Below are positions 11,401-26,400 of a DNA stretch of 64,000 bases, piece by piece (positions within the stretch are counted from its first letter, which is position 1; each line of letters opens with the position of its first letter). The position numbers and the translations under genes are program-made. The notes beneath the pieces are model-generated. The model was not told where the DNA came from and did no database searches. It saw only the letters and a program-made list of their open reading frames with translations. The stretch is from Antedon mediterranea. Lineage: Eukaryota; Animalia; Echinodermata. The DNA is taken from contig NC_092670.1 of NCBI RefSeq assembly GCF_964355755.1, positions 29,314,388 through 29,378,387 of the forward strand. The letters are read 5' to 3'.

Positions 11401-14400
11401 TACTCTACACGTATAATATAAACACAAATTTATAATTTATGCTGTAGCAAGTTTATTTTAAATATGATCTCTGGTGGGTGTATGTAAAATGGAAAGGAGT
11501 GCTTCTTCTTTGTATACTGCCTGACCTCTTCATTACCAGGACCATAATCAATAATAAGAGGATGTGTTCAAATAGTGTACTAATTTCTTAATCATGCATG
11601 TACACAGGACCAATGATCCCTATGTCCCATCCTTCGGATGTGGAAATAAGAGTTCAAAGCAATATGGCACTGACAGATCTCAAACATGCCTCTCGCATGC
11701 TAGTCGGATATCTTTTACCATTAAGCTATATTGCCTTCTCCACCATACCACATTACATAATGCCAATTGGATTATGTTTCCACATCATGCACAGCCTAAC
11801 TACCATTTTTACACTTTTACCTATCTTATCATCTTTGTCAATGGCTTAGTTGATTTTATTTTTAATGGTGACTTTATGTCAACTTAAAAGAGAAAAAGAA
11901 AATGCTTTTTAGATCTATCATATGTTAATAATTCTACCTGCTACGATTTTCATATATTCTATTAATTTTAGTCACAAATGTTTAAATTTATCTATCTTGT
12001 CTTAAATAGAATTAATTAAAACCCCAAAACTCATACTGTAAATTCAGTGAAAATTATCAAAATTATCTACATTATATTTTCAGTTACCATAGTAAATCTA
12101 CAGATTGTTATTCTTAAAAAATGAATCATTTTTCTACCTACCTTTAAACCTGTCTTGGATGCTTTAAATCTATTATAATTATAGAAAGTTATTTTTTTGT
12201 CAATTAACAGATAAAAAAAGGATGTAAAAATAAAAATAACATAAGTGTACTCCAAAAATAGCTTGCAACCAAATCAAGAATTTTAATGTTAAGAATGTCT
12301 GTAAAAAAAATGTTTGTATCCTGTTTGAAAGTTGTTTACTTTGCTCTTAATTAAAAATTTTTTTTTTTTTTTGGAAACTCTATTGTGAAATGCTTATAAT
12401 CTTTCATTACTATCCTCCTTGTCAAGGGGGTTAATAAAATGAATTTGGAAATAAGGTCGTAATTATCATATTTGATTTTACTGAATATTATTAAGAAGTA
12501 GAATAGTTACTGAATCCAGGTTCGAATATCTGATATAAATATTATCATATATAGTATCAGGTAGACTCTATGATGTAACACAATACACTAATTAATATTA
12601 CAATTTTAATTAAAAACTTAAACTTGAATGAAAAGAAGCCATAATATTCTGATTACAGTTTCAATTACATGTGTAAAACAATGAGACTTGATTACATACA
12701 TTTTGTAAGTAAACCATTAAGAGCTTTTGAAATAACACATTCATTTGAAATAAAGTCATAAAATTCTAGATATGTAAAATTGAAGCATTATTCGAGTTTA
12801 ATACTAAAATTACACCCATATTCGGGGAATACCAATATTAATGACACACTTTAAATTGGTTCCTAAGGTATACCCTTATACTCTACTGTAACATAAATGT
12901 TAATTTTTATTATGTCTTTCTGTATTTTATTAATATATCATGTAACATCTGTCATATGACATAATTGAAGCATTATTCGAGTTTAATACTAAAATTACAC
13001 CCATATTCAGGGAATACCAATATTAATGACACACTTTAAATTGGTTCCTAAGGTATACCCTTATACTCTACTGTAACATAAATGTTAATTTTTATTATGT
13101 CTTTCTGTATTTTATTAATATATCATGTAACATCTGTCATATGTGTACATTTTTTTTATTATAAAAAATAAAGTTATTAACCAGATTTTGAATGTCTTGT
13201 TTAAATACTAAGTGACAATTATATTCTTGATCTGTTAAAAAATTCTGAATTCTGCTTTATTACTCATATGTCTAGGTAAATTTCGAACCCTTGCAATATA
13301 ATGCTTGGGGCTTAACAATTGTAAGGGGAAATTAACCATGCAAGCATAATATTATTACATCAAGGTAGTACAGTACATCTTTTAATCGATTTCATGGAAA
13401 TTACATTTAATTTTAAAATATTTAACATATTTAAATGATTGAAATCATGATTAAATGTTTAAACATTGTGTTTAAAGTGTCAATAGTCATTACAAATTTG
13501 TTATTAATTATTTTGGAAGAATGTTTTTTAATGCTAATGTTAAATGGGAATATTATTAGTGTAGTTATTTATCGTTAACAATATTTGTGCTGATAATTAT
13601 GTGCAGAATGTTTATATTTTATACAAGTTTTATATGAATGATAAGTAGTTTTAATTTATTTATTTATAGATAATTGTTAACAAATGATCATTTTTAATAT
13701 TTAGTTCAGTTCAAAAAACATTTATTTGTTCAACAATGGCATATTATTTTACAGTGTAATATATAGGTGTATATATAGGTAATAAGCCATCATTTTTTCC
13801 ATATTTTTTGAATAATTTTACCCTTAAGCAGGTTATTTAAAACAAACACATTAATACAGTACATGGCAACATCTTTGAGTGGAAATAATGCATTACATCC
13901 TTTGATGTTCACATTGATTTTTCCATCAGACACTGCCGATTCGGCGACCTAACGTTGGAAATGGATTTCATGATGATATGGACACAAGGTCTGAGGCTGA
14001 TGCTCAGCACGGATTTACTAGGAATTCTAACTATCGTGCAAGCCTACCAGTTCTAAGGAGACAAAATAATAAGTCAAGAGAAAAAACTATGGGTACGTTA
14101 ATTGCTTTTTGATTCTCTTTAATTTTAAACAAGAGGTTATTGTGATTTTTATTTTATTGTATTGTTTAGTTTTAACAAGTGAAATGAAAGGAATGTATTG
14201 AATTTTGAAACACATATTTGTCTAAAGTACAGATATTTCACCAGCTAAGCAGACACTTGTTGTACCTAAACTTAAAATGATTATATAAAATGGGGTCCTA
14301 AACTGCCGCAATCTTTTTGACTGACCACATTTGGCGTGCTTACACCTTTTGACGTGTTTCAACAATAATCCCCTATAAGCTAATCACTAAGTTATTACGT

Positions 14401-17400
14401 TAATGATCAATAATTGAATTGAACACTAATACCCTAACAATAGGTAGTTTTCAAAGCTTTTACACACAGATTGAACATGAGTATGAACGCGACACTTTTG
14501 TCGGGTACCCATCGAGTGCTCTTGATGGTACATTGCATTCCTATTGAGCAAGATTTTGTTTGAAAATGTGTCATTATAGTACAATCATTACTTTCACTTG
14601 TTAGTCATGTGGAACGTCATTGTTATTCTCATAGTGTTCATGTGATGTTATTGGTGTAATTTTATATCATTACCGTACTCATCATATTACCATTTTTTTC
14701 AACCATGTTTAAATGAGTGGCTAATCCAAACAGGCTAAATAGGCTGCTATTTAAAAAATGGTAATTAATTATGTAAATAGTTGTTCTGATCACAGATAGT
14801 GTAATGTTATTGATGATAGTAAATTATGATGATAATAGTGGTTGTGTTGATAATAATGGTAACAAAATGTATTGTTAACATTATCATCAACACCACACAA
14901 TTTTCATTAACACCACTCCTGTATTATTATTATCATCAACAACAACATCACCACAGTTATCATTAACATTACCATCATTTTTGTAAACATTATCACATAA
15001 ACCCCCAACCATCATTAATGTCATCAACTCCTCCATCATTATCATCAACATTATCAAACATTCACTCAAATCAAAAAGTCTCAATTATTGTCATTAACGC
15101 CTCAATCATTGTCACCAATATTTCCTGCATCATCCTAAATGCTACTGTTATTATCATCATTAACAACACCATCATTATTTTATTCAACACTACCATCAGC
15201 ATTACCATGATTATTGTCATCAACATCATTATCATCAACATCACCATCATTATCTCCATCAACATCACCATAATTAACATCATAATCATCAACATCACCA
15301 TAATTAACATCACCATCATCAACATCACCACTATCTCCATCAACATCACCATCTATCATCAACATCATTATCTCCATCAACATCACCATTAATAATCGCC
15401 ATCATTGTCAACTATACTATAACTTATTATTATCATCATTAACCACGCCTATAATCATCAGTGATTCATCATTCTTATTAACCATTTAAATTTCAAATTT
15501 GGTACAAGGCATTGAGTCGCATTAAAATCCAATTAGGTTGCTTTTGATACCAAAGTCATTCTAGATTGATGATACTGCACTATAAAAAAACATTGCAATA
15601 TTACCATACAGCTATTAATAATGCTATAATAGCTATTATTCGTTCTAATCTGCTACGGCTCCATAGCAACATATTCATCAATAAAAGATTTAAACATAAT
15701 AAAAATAGTAATGCACATTTTTTAATAAAGTATGTCATGAAACCATAAGTACTGGTTTGTAAATTTAGATTTTTTATAATTTATTAGAATTAGAAAATTT
15801 TATTTATTAAAATAAAAAAATATTTGGAATTATTTATGATTTTTGTTTTGCACATGCAGTAAAGACAAAACTGTAGTAGTTGTTAGAATCACCTACTAAC
15901 GTTTGTAATCAAACAAAATTTGTTGAAGGTTGAGCAAATTATTTCTACATTGAAAAAAAAATATTATAGTAAATCAAAATTGTTGATAAAATCATCTGAA
16001 GCGATCTTCTAACTTCATTTTGTTTTTTCTTTGGTGACTGATTAAGTTTTTTTTAAACTATACAACTTAATGTCAATTCAACAACAACAGCATCACCAGT
16101 TTTGATTATAATCACTTCTTTATGTATCAGTACCAAAGACATTCTTTTTTTCTGAAATAGTTTGATTCAATACATATAGCTTTCTGATTTTCTTGTTACA
16201 CTTTTCTTAAACTTTAACCGTTGTAACTTGTAAAGTCATGTACATTTTTATCATAAAACTGACAGCATGCAAATATATAACATCCGCTTATTCATACTTT
16301 GCTCTCTGAATTCTAAGTAGAGCCTATAAAAATGTTGTAAAATGCTTGTGTAAAATTGGATTTTTCAAATTAAAATAATTCGAAATCAATAGTACATGTG
16401 TAGATGTGCTTCGTGCTATTGCTAATACTTGTTTTCTCAATATAATAAAACTTTAAATTTCATATTTGAACCTAAAAAAAATATACTTATCTAAACATAA
16501 CAATATTTTCAAATGTTGACTTTTTCTAATTTTGTGCCACATCAAATACAAATCATTATAAAATGTTTTCCAGCAGCAAACATAAACACTATTCCAATAT
16601 TTGCAATAAATACAATACAAAAGAATAAAATTCAATACTGTATTAAAATTTATTATCATATTATTTAAATAAATGTATTAATTTAAAACAACTAATAAAA
16701 TAGTATAAATGAAAAATAAAATAATAATAAAATAATTTGTCTTTTTAGTAATTATGTCCCAATAAACTAATCATGAACTTGCTGTTGGACTATTTACATA
16801 CAGTAGCTACTTTAAATTAACAAATAGTCTTCATTATTAAAAGGTTCTGTCTTCAAATGATGATTTTCAGCAAAGATGCATGTTACGTAGATCTGGCAAA
16901 ATATTGGTTTATTCAGCTACCGTAAATAATGAGTTCACTATCTCGAGGTGCTTTTGTTATTGAACTGTTTAAATGAAAACGTAAATATAGAACATGATGT
17001 CTGAAGCAAGAGGACCTAAGAGGATTTTCATATTCTGCTTCTCACTCATTAAAGCTACTGTAATTTTAGCATCAAATTTAAAACTTTTGTTTTTAAAATA
17101 TGCCACAGTTTGACTGTCCCTTTAATATAATTAAACAGATTTATTTTATATCCTCCCATAATATTTCTATAGTGCCAGTCAGTAAATATGCAGTTACTCA
17201 AATACAAGCTTTTATTGATGATTTATCAATTATATATTATAAATCAATTAGTTTTAGAAATTATTAACAATGTTTGTAGGTTACCATTAAAATTGCAGTC
17301 ATGTAGAATGTTTATTTTGAATACTTATATTTTTATTTTAATAAATAAAAAATTCAGTTTTATTGATTTATTTTGTTTTCATTATTTACAATTTATATTC

Positions 17401-20400
17401 AAATTGTTAATTGAAGTATATTTTATCATCACAATTAATTTCACTGTATATTAATTGAATATCAAGGTGACATTTTGTAATTGTAAACTTTTTATACTAT
17501 AGCTTTATAATATATTGTCTTCTTAATTAATCTTCATTCTAATAAAAGCAGATCAATATTATGTTCACATCCGACATGGTTACCATATTTAAACCATTTA
17601 CAATATCCATGCAAGTAAAACTAAAACATAACTGATAATTATTATTATTTTAAAAACCAATCAAATATTTATTCTTTCACACCTGTTATACTTTAATGGT
17701 GTTGGTCTTATCGTTTAGATTTTACCCTCATTGCGTAGCGTTGTTTGATTTTAAAATTTAATATGAATGTTAAAGCTACAGTACACACTTTTCTATCAAG
17801 ATATTATGACTCACCTATATTGAATGTGAAATTCAATTTTATGAAATAAAAATGTGTCTTATAGGCTTTTATTTGAACTATCGATATTCATATATTAACA
17901 GATCATACAATTTGTATAAAAGCGGAATACACAATAAGAGGCAAATCTGAGTATGTTTAGTGCAAATATTTTAAGTACTATTTTCCATACATGGTATATA
18001 ATCTAAGTATAGTTAATAAATTTATAGTTTTTATTCTGGCCTAGATACTATATTCAATTCCACAGCGATATAAAAAGTTGGAACATTCAACAACTACAGG
18101 ACAAAAATAGAAAGTGATTTTTTTGGTTACTGTATACATCAAAAAGAAAAACTGGGTATCTTTTGCAATAATGGTTGTACAGACAAGTCTAAAGTAATAA
18201 TTCTTTTCTTGGAAATATTATTATGCTGTGAGTTTTAAATTATCATTTAAAATTTAAATTTTACTAATTATCATAGGAAATGCCTTAAAGAAAGTGTATG
18301 CTATTATAATTAATTAGTATTGAAACTAAAATGGCTAGTGTGTACCATGACATTTGAGATTCATGTAGCTTATTTCATAACTCTTTTTATGGCTGTATTA
18401 TTACCATAATGCAAATTGCAAAACGGACTACTTTAAACAAATTATACTGTAGTCTTTGTCGTGTCACAAAATTAGTATCTCATCTTTAAATATTACCTAA
18501 ACTAGCTTTTGTTCTTTGGAGCAAATTCAAGTAAATGTGAACAAAAAACTTGCATATCAGCATAAAGTAAAGAACACCCTATTGAATTGGTTTCCATGGT
18601 GATTTGAACATTCATTTTTTTTACCTAGGAATTGGATATTTTCCAAATGCATGATAATTTTATAGCATTATAGTTTTGTTGCAAAAAATTTATATTCAAT
18701 AACAGTAAGGATACAAATGTGTTAATTAATAACATGTTCAATTTTTGCTGTTCATATTGAACCATATTTTTAAACCCTCTTCAACTGCAGAGAAGAGTGT
18801 CAACTATCAGCACACCAGATTATAATAAGGTACCGTATACTTGGGGTCGACCTATACTCCGGAAAATACGGTAGTATGTGCACACAGTTTGAATAGAATA
18901 TTAAATATTAAAAAGCGATTAAGCTGTCATACATACTATGCAAGTTTCATGGAAACTAAAACAAAATGCAAAATCTAATAATTAATTGTGAATATTGGCT
19001 TCATTCAAAATGAATGCATGAATAATAGAAATTTAAATATTCATGAGTTAAAATTGTAGTTGTTCGTTCCACGTAATGAAAGAAGACATTACAATGAACA
19101 TCAATGTAACATAGAATGTCACATTTGTTACTGCCATTTTTCTACCTTGCTTTCACTATTAGATTTGTCTATTCCATTGGTTTAAAGATGAGAGATGTCT
19201 TTATGGCTATATTTTGTAGAAGTAACAATTATATATAAATTGTTTTATACTTTATATCTCCATTTCTATTGAGCAAGAAAATATGATTTAAGAACTGAAT
19301 TTTGAACGAATTGGTGTTTTCAGACAAAAAAATAAATACGGTTTTAAAAAATCATTTGATGTCAGTTGTTGTGATCTCGGTTTTAAGGAAAATGAAAAAT
19401 AATGAGTTTTTCTCACAAAAGTTGGGCAGGCTAAAAATTGTCTAGGGCAAAGTATCAAATTTTGGACATTGCTTGCCCAAAACACAACCTGATTTTTGTA
19501 AAAATTCTGTGAGCTCTGGCTGTATGTCTACACAAATATATTCTGTGAGCTCTGGCTGTATGTCTACACAAATATATTCTGTGAGCTCTGGCTGTATGTC
19601 TACACAAATATATTCTGTGAGCTCTGGCTGTATGTCTACACAAATATATTCTGTGAGCTCTGGCTATATGTCTACACAAATATATCCAAAACTTCTTGTT
19701 TGTTACCTTACAACTGTACTGACTGTTATTCTCAGAAGTCGTTTATTGCTGTATTGATATTATTTACCTTAATTAAGAGTTAATGGGACGCTTCATTAGG
19801 CAATAAATTGATTGATACTGATTCTTATTATAAATCGTACCAATTTTGCTGTTGACTTCATATGATTTTTATTTAGTTTTTTTTAAATGTCACTGAATGC
19901 AAATAGAATGCTGTACTGATAGATAATTGGTATTCAACACTATAATTTATTTACTTTAATTAAAAGTAAAGGTAAGAGGTCATATCATATGAAGCGCACA
20001 ATTATTTCTGGTCTTGTAATCAATTCTTGTGAGAATATCTTTATAAAATCTTTCACCATTCTTAAGAGGTCATTTTGTGTAAAACAGGGAGGGCTAGAAC
20101 AACCCAAGGCGGATGTCCACATATCTGTGCTATTCATGGTCCTTCGTCATCATGGAGTTGTAGCTGGGTGGTTTAACATGCTTGCCTTTCAATCCAAAGG
20201 CACATGGTTTAATCCTGACCTATTGTCAATATAATGTATCCATCCTGTTATTGGAAAGCTATACTTGCTGTTGGACAGACATGTATGAAAAAGAGTATCA
20301 TCATTTGTTCATCTTTTATTTTAATCAAGATAATAATTAATTATTAGGCAAAAGATGTTTTAGGGAGACTTTTTACTCACATTCACAATGTTTAAAATTT

Positions 20401-23400
20401 GGTATGACTGCAGTATAAACAACATATAAATATTCATAATTTCTGTTCACTTATTTGTTAATTCTTTCACATATACCCTTAAGACTACAATTATAACACA
20501 TGTTGTAGCATCTCTGTTTGATATGCATATATATCATACCTCTGTACGATAATCATGCACATGTGACAAATAAGCTAAGCTTTCGGAAATATAGCAACAG
20601 AAATTTTAATGATGAGGAATTATTGAACAGATGTTAGTCACGATATCTACTCATTTATTTTTAATTATTTATCATGTTTGAAAATAATCCTCGTTTTGTA
20701 TCTATAATAACTTGTTGATATTCTGCTAATTGACGACTTGTTATTTTGCCCTTTTCGTTCTAATTAGCAAACATGCATTTCATAATTTATTGGCCAGTGT
20801 GCTGTCATTGTTGAGAATTCGCTCAATTTATATTCAGCGTTTTATGACCGTATCGCCACAGGAGCAGAACAGATTGCCATGTTTGAAGAGAAATGTAGAA
20901 TTGTACTGTTATATATGATGTACGTACAGTTGTGAACTAACATTGGATTATTATGCTCTATGATAAATATAACGGGACAATGTTGACGAATTTTAGTGAA
21001 TATACACTATTAATTACCAAGTATAATTATTTTCATATTTCAAATACCGATTGTAATTTATCTTTTATAACACTATACACTATTTTGGTTTTAGTTCCTT
21101 CATGATCAAATTTATGTTAGATGGGAAGATGGGAAACAAAAGGCACCATACGTCCAGTAGTTTTCTACTTCCCCCTCCTTAGAATGTCTATTATATTCTC
21201 TTAGTTTAGATCAAACATACATACTCAAGTCCTTAAAAGGAATACAGTGATAACAGCTGATATTTTGCATTTAAAAACAAATGTTTGTTTGTTATCATCT
21301 TCTGACATTTTTCATCACAACTCCAAGATATTGTGATACAATTACAAACATAACCTTTACTTGTAATTTTCATTTTAATAATTAAATGATATGCACTCGG
21401 TCAAAATTGACATTGTTCAGGAAAGGAAAATTATTCTAGAGTAAAGTATATATATATATATTATTACGTATATAACATACAGTATATTTTATTTAGCATA
21501 AATGTATGCTTCAATAATGGTTGTTTTAATTTATATACTATAATACATACATAATAAATTAAGATACTAATACAACAATATGAATGAATTGATATAGTGT
21601 ATGTAAACGTATGATAATAGGATTTGTCAATATACATGGTAACAGTGTCATTTTGAAACATTTAACTTTATCCCACCAGCACAATGATATAAATAAAAAC
21701 AAAATTGCATATTTAATTTTTAATGAGTTCATTTCTTCTTTCAGGTTTAGTGTACTTACAGTACATGGGAGAAACTAAGCGTGGTCTATTGCCAAATGAA
21801 ATAACAGGCCTAGATACTGTCAGGGCGCTCTTTGTCCGTGCTTTCCCGGGCAAACTTACGCTTGAAGCTCTTGAAAAGCCAGAGAGAAAAATATATATGC
21901 GAGATCCTGCAACTGAGATTTTTTATGAGCTTGAAAATTTGAGGTAAGACGTTATATACCTTTTCCTCATTCATTGAAATATAATGCAGCAATTTGCCAA
22001 AAGGTCAACTCATGTTTATTCTATACATTCATTTTCAACTTTTTTAGTCAGAATAATGAAAATGGAAATTATTTGAAATTAATTTTATCTGAAAAGGCAT
22101 TGCCTCTCAGTCCTAGAATCTGAGTTTAATTCTGCCTCATGCTCAATACAATTGGCCAAAAAAGCCAATGCAAAGTTTATAGTGGGTTTATACGTGTTTA
22201 AGTGTCATTGAATTTTCTTTTTCATCCTTTAAACTGAACTCATCCTTAAAAAAAATGCCAGATATACAAGTTTTCGCTAGTTGTTTATTTTTGTTTGGAA
22301 TTTGAGATAATAGACAAATTTAAATAAATTATAATAATAATGATAATTCAATTTCATATACATCTATTTTGTTTGTTTTGATATTAAAAGTAATACATTT
22401 GTTTCTAGTGACATTAAGGATCACGTTGTGTTAAAAGTACATGAACCAGGTGCTGGGGAGGATGCGCATTTAAGCACGCGATCGGCACCCGTTTCAGCTA
22501 GATCCACACCAAGTGATTTCAGTTTGTTCTCAGAACCAGAATTAGACTTTGAAAATTATGATAAACAAAGACAGAAATATCAAGTGATGTCGTCATTGAC
22601 AACAGTTAAGGAGCAGTCAGGGAAAGGAAGACCAAATGTTCCTGGACCAATGATACATCATGGACCTATGCCTAATCGTGGTGGGTCGGATAATTACGCT
22701 CAGCTGAGTGGAACTCTAGATCAAAATGTAAGTATTTTTACTATGTGCTATTTTACATGAGAAATAATAATATGTCAATCGTATAGCAATCAGCACAGTT
22801 GAGTTTGACTTTGGGTGGAGAGAGACAAGCATACAGTAGTAAAGTGTCTTGCCTAAGGAGGATAGAAGCAATGCGGTTTTGAACTTTCGATTCTGCAATC
22901 AGAACATGTCCTACGCATGTTGTTTCATTGGTTGTCGCATGGATCTAGAAGCCACACGGTAGAGCAACTGAATGAAGCACATCCAAATGTTCCTGCATGT
23001 ACACAATTAATTAACATGATGTAATTTTTTCCTAGGTCGTCACAAAATGAAAGATCCCTAATAATTACTGATTGATGACCCATCTGATTAAGCTCATTAA
23101 GCTCTTCTTTTTTTTTTTGAGTTTAATATATTTGGAAATATTTAGCTCATGTAGACAGTCTTTATTTGTCTTTGTTTTGTAGAAATTAAAAGCTGCACAA
23201 GGAAGAGTTGAGAAGCCACAGAATACAATACCAATGCAGACATCACAGCTACACCAGCGACCTAGCTCTGCAATGGGATATAGGGAACATCAAAGTAGAT
23301 ACGCTACACAGGTACTGTACACCCCACTACCACTAATTAAATGCAGTTTCATGAATTGGTATTATGTAATATGCTATTAACTTGGGAATAAGCCATGAGA

Positions 23401-26400
23401 TTGGGTTACATTTTTAATTCTACCTGAGGACCAGAATACTGAGGCCTAACATACAGCATATAGCAAGTATTTTCTTATTTTATTCAAAAATCCTGTTAAT
23501 CGTAACATTCCTGATTCAGCATACCAGGCGATGAAAGAATATGGCATTCTGCGAACGAATTCCTATCCTAAAAATTACAAAACCATTACGTAAGGTTCCT
23601 GACTGTGGAGTAAATGAGAAAAATCTTCTTTTTCTTGTGGTCAACCACTGCATTACACCGTCATCACCAAAAAGAATCAACTTTGCGACATGGAACGCTA
23701 GATCCATTAGAGCCAAGAACAAGTCTCTGGCACTCTGTGACTTTGTTATAGATAACCACATGTATTGGCCATCGTTGAGACGTGGATGACTGGTACCACC
23801 AAAGACAACCATGTCATTGCAGACATCAAAACGACTCTTCCGAATTATAGCTTCTTTCACTCGCCACAGACCCATGGAAGAGGTGGTGGAATTGCATTCA
23901 TCGTACATGATGGAATCAAGGTTCATATTAACAAAACAGTCCAGTTTCAGTCCATGGAATGCATGGACGTTACTATGTTATCTTATGCAACTCCATTCCG
24001 GCTTATCGTCATCTATAGAATTCCTCCAAATAATAAAAACAAAGTTTCATCTGCTCTTTTCTTTGACAAACTTTCTTCACTGCTTGAATCACTTAGCTTT
24101 GGTTCTTCCCGACTTTTACTCACCGGTGACTTCAATGTTCATATTGATGTTGTGGGCTCATTTCTTCATATTCTGAACTTGTTTGAACTGTAGCAACATA
24201 TCCATGAACCTACACACAGTGCAAATCATACTTTGGATTTGTTTGGATTTGCTTATAAATCGTAAAAACGTCGATCTTGTAAGTCATATTTTCGTTCAGC
24301 AAGGTTTACCATCTGACCATCATGCAATCAATTGTAACGTACACTTTGATCGCCCTGAACCTAGTACGGTATTGATCGAATCTCGTAATTTCAAGAAACT
24401 CAATCAGGAACAGTTTCAGACTGACATTAATTCCTCACTTAAATTGGCTCAGCCATCTTCTGAAGTGGAAGCCCTTGTAAGACAGTACAATGATGTTTTG
24501 GGCTCTACATTAAACACACACGCTTCCCCTGTGAAACGAACTATAATTCTCTGTTCACATGCACCTTGGTATGCAGATATTCACCGCGATGCGAAAAAAT
24601 GACGGCGTTGCCTTGAGCGTCGGTGGATAAAATCTAAATCGGAGATATATAAACAAATCCACTTAGCACAATGCAATAACTATAGATTGCTACTAATCGG
24701 AGCAAAGACTGATTATCACAGTAATATAATAATGAGTTCAGACCAGAGAAATCTATTCCGTGTTATAGACAAACTTACATCAATATCATCTCACCCTCTT
24801 CCTAGTCATGACAACTCTAAAGATCTTGCTGACTCATTTGCAACTCACAACCAATTCCAATTGCTGCTGAATTCAAAACATACAGAACTTCCTGTTTTAA
24901 TATGTTCAGTGCGGTTCATGAAGATGAAGTACTTAAAATCATTAATTCATCTAACATCACTTCCTGCTCACAAGATCCTCTACCATTTACCATTCCTGCA
25001 TCCAAACGCTCCTACCAAACAAAGATAGTGAACGCATCTTTGAATGTTGGCATCTTTCCATCATCCCTCAAACATGCTAGCAGTATTCCATTGTTAAAGG
25101 GTCAATCCCTTAGCACTGAAGAGCTATCAAGCTATCGTCCAATATCAAACCTCCCTTTCCTGGGAAAGATCATTGAAAGGGTTGTCACTAAACAGCTACT
25201 ATCGTATCTCGAGGAATATGATCTATTCGCTCCTAGACAGTCAGCTTACCGTCGAGGCCATAGTGTAGAATCTGAATTACTGCGAGCACAGAATGACATC
25301 TTGACTGCTTTGGATAAACGCATGGATGTGCTGCTTGTCCTCCTCGATTTCTCATTACTATAGACCATTCACAGCTCCTGCATCGCCTTTCCTCACGTTA
25401 CGGTATTTGCGGTACTGCTATAAATTGGTTTTCATCTTACCTTAATGGCAGAACTTACTCCGTTGAAATCAACTCTACAATGTCCCTCAAGACTCTGTCA
25501 TCGGCCCAATTATGTTCATCCTGTTCACCGCCCCATTACAAGATATCATTGCCGCACATGATGTGCAGTTCATGGTTTATGCTGACGACACCCAGCTCTA
25601 TATTGCATTCCAGCCAAAAGAAGGGGCTGTAAAAAAGCTTGAAACTTGCATTGCATGGTGTACACATAACATGCTTGTACTGAACGATGCCAACACTGAA
25701 TTGATTCATTTCACTTCTCGCTATAGACCTCGAGGCTGGATACCATCTGTTAAAATCTGTAACTCTTTGATTACCCCATCACCTACCGCTCAAAACCTTG
25801 GAGTTACCTTAGATTCCGTCTTCAACTTGTCTGATCATGTTGACAAAGTTTTCAAATCTGCAATGAATTCCATCCGAAAGTTTGGACATGTTCGAAAGTA
25901 TTTAGGACCCTAAATCGACAGAAATATTGGTTCATGCATTTGTTTAATCCAGGCTAGACGCTTTCAACTCTCTTCTTTGCGGGCTTCCAGCTAAAACTAT
26001 CGCTAAGGTTCAGCGTGTTCAGACCATTGCTGCCCGTCTGGTTCTTCGCATCCCAACATGTCAAAACATAACACCAGTACTGGAACATCTAGAAGATAAT
26101 AGAAGATAATAATGTTTAAAATTCTTCTCATTACATTAAAATCACTTCATAACATGGCTCCAACTTTTCTATCTGATATCATTTCTCCATACAAGCCAAA
26201 ACGAAATCTGAGGTCATCATCTGAGGTTTTACTCAGGCCTATACCTACACAGCCTTCAAAAATTTTTTATGGACAACGTGCCTTTTCGTGGTCAGCTGCT
26301 GTTCTCTGGAACCCCCTTCCAAATTATATCAGGAATGCTGAATCACTCACCCCATTCAAACAACTCCTGAAATCCCACCTTTTTAATTTGCATTTTCTTT

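Noticed and set aside
14887-15392. Ile/Asn/Thr-, Met/Val- and Asp/Gly-rich ORFs
   Set aside because: Translations of a degenerate trinucleotide tract
19504-19683. 36-bp repeats as a CRISPR array or repeat protein
   Set aside because: No unique spacers, no cas genes, eukaryotic intron; the ORFs are artefacts of a unit length divisible by 3
20150-20225. tRNA-like SINE head
   Set aside because: A/B boxes too degenerate to support by eye
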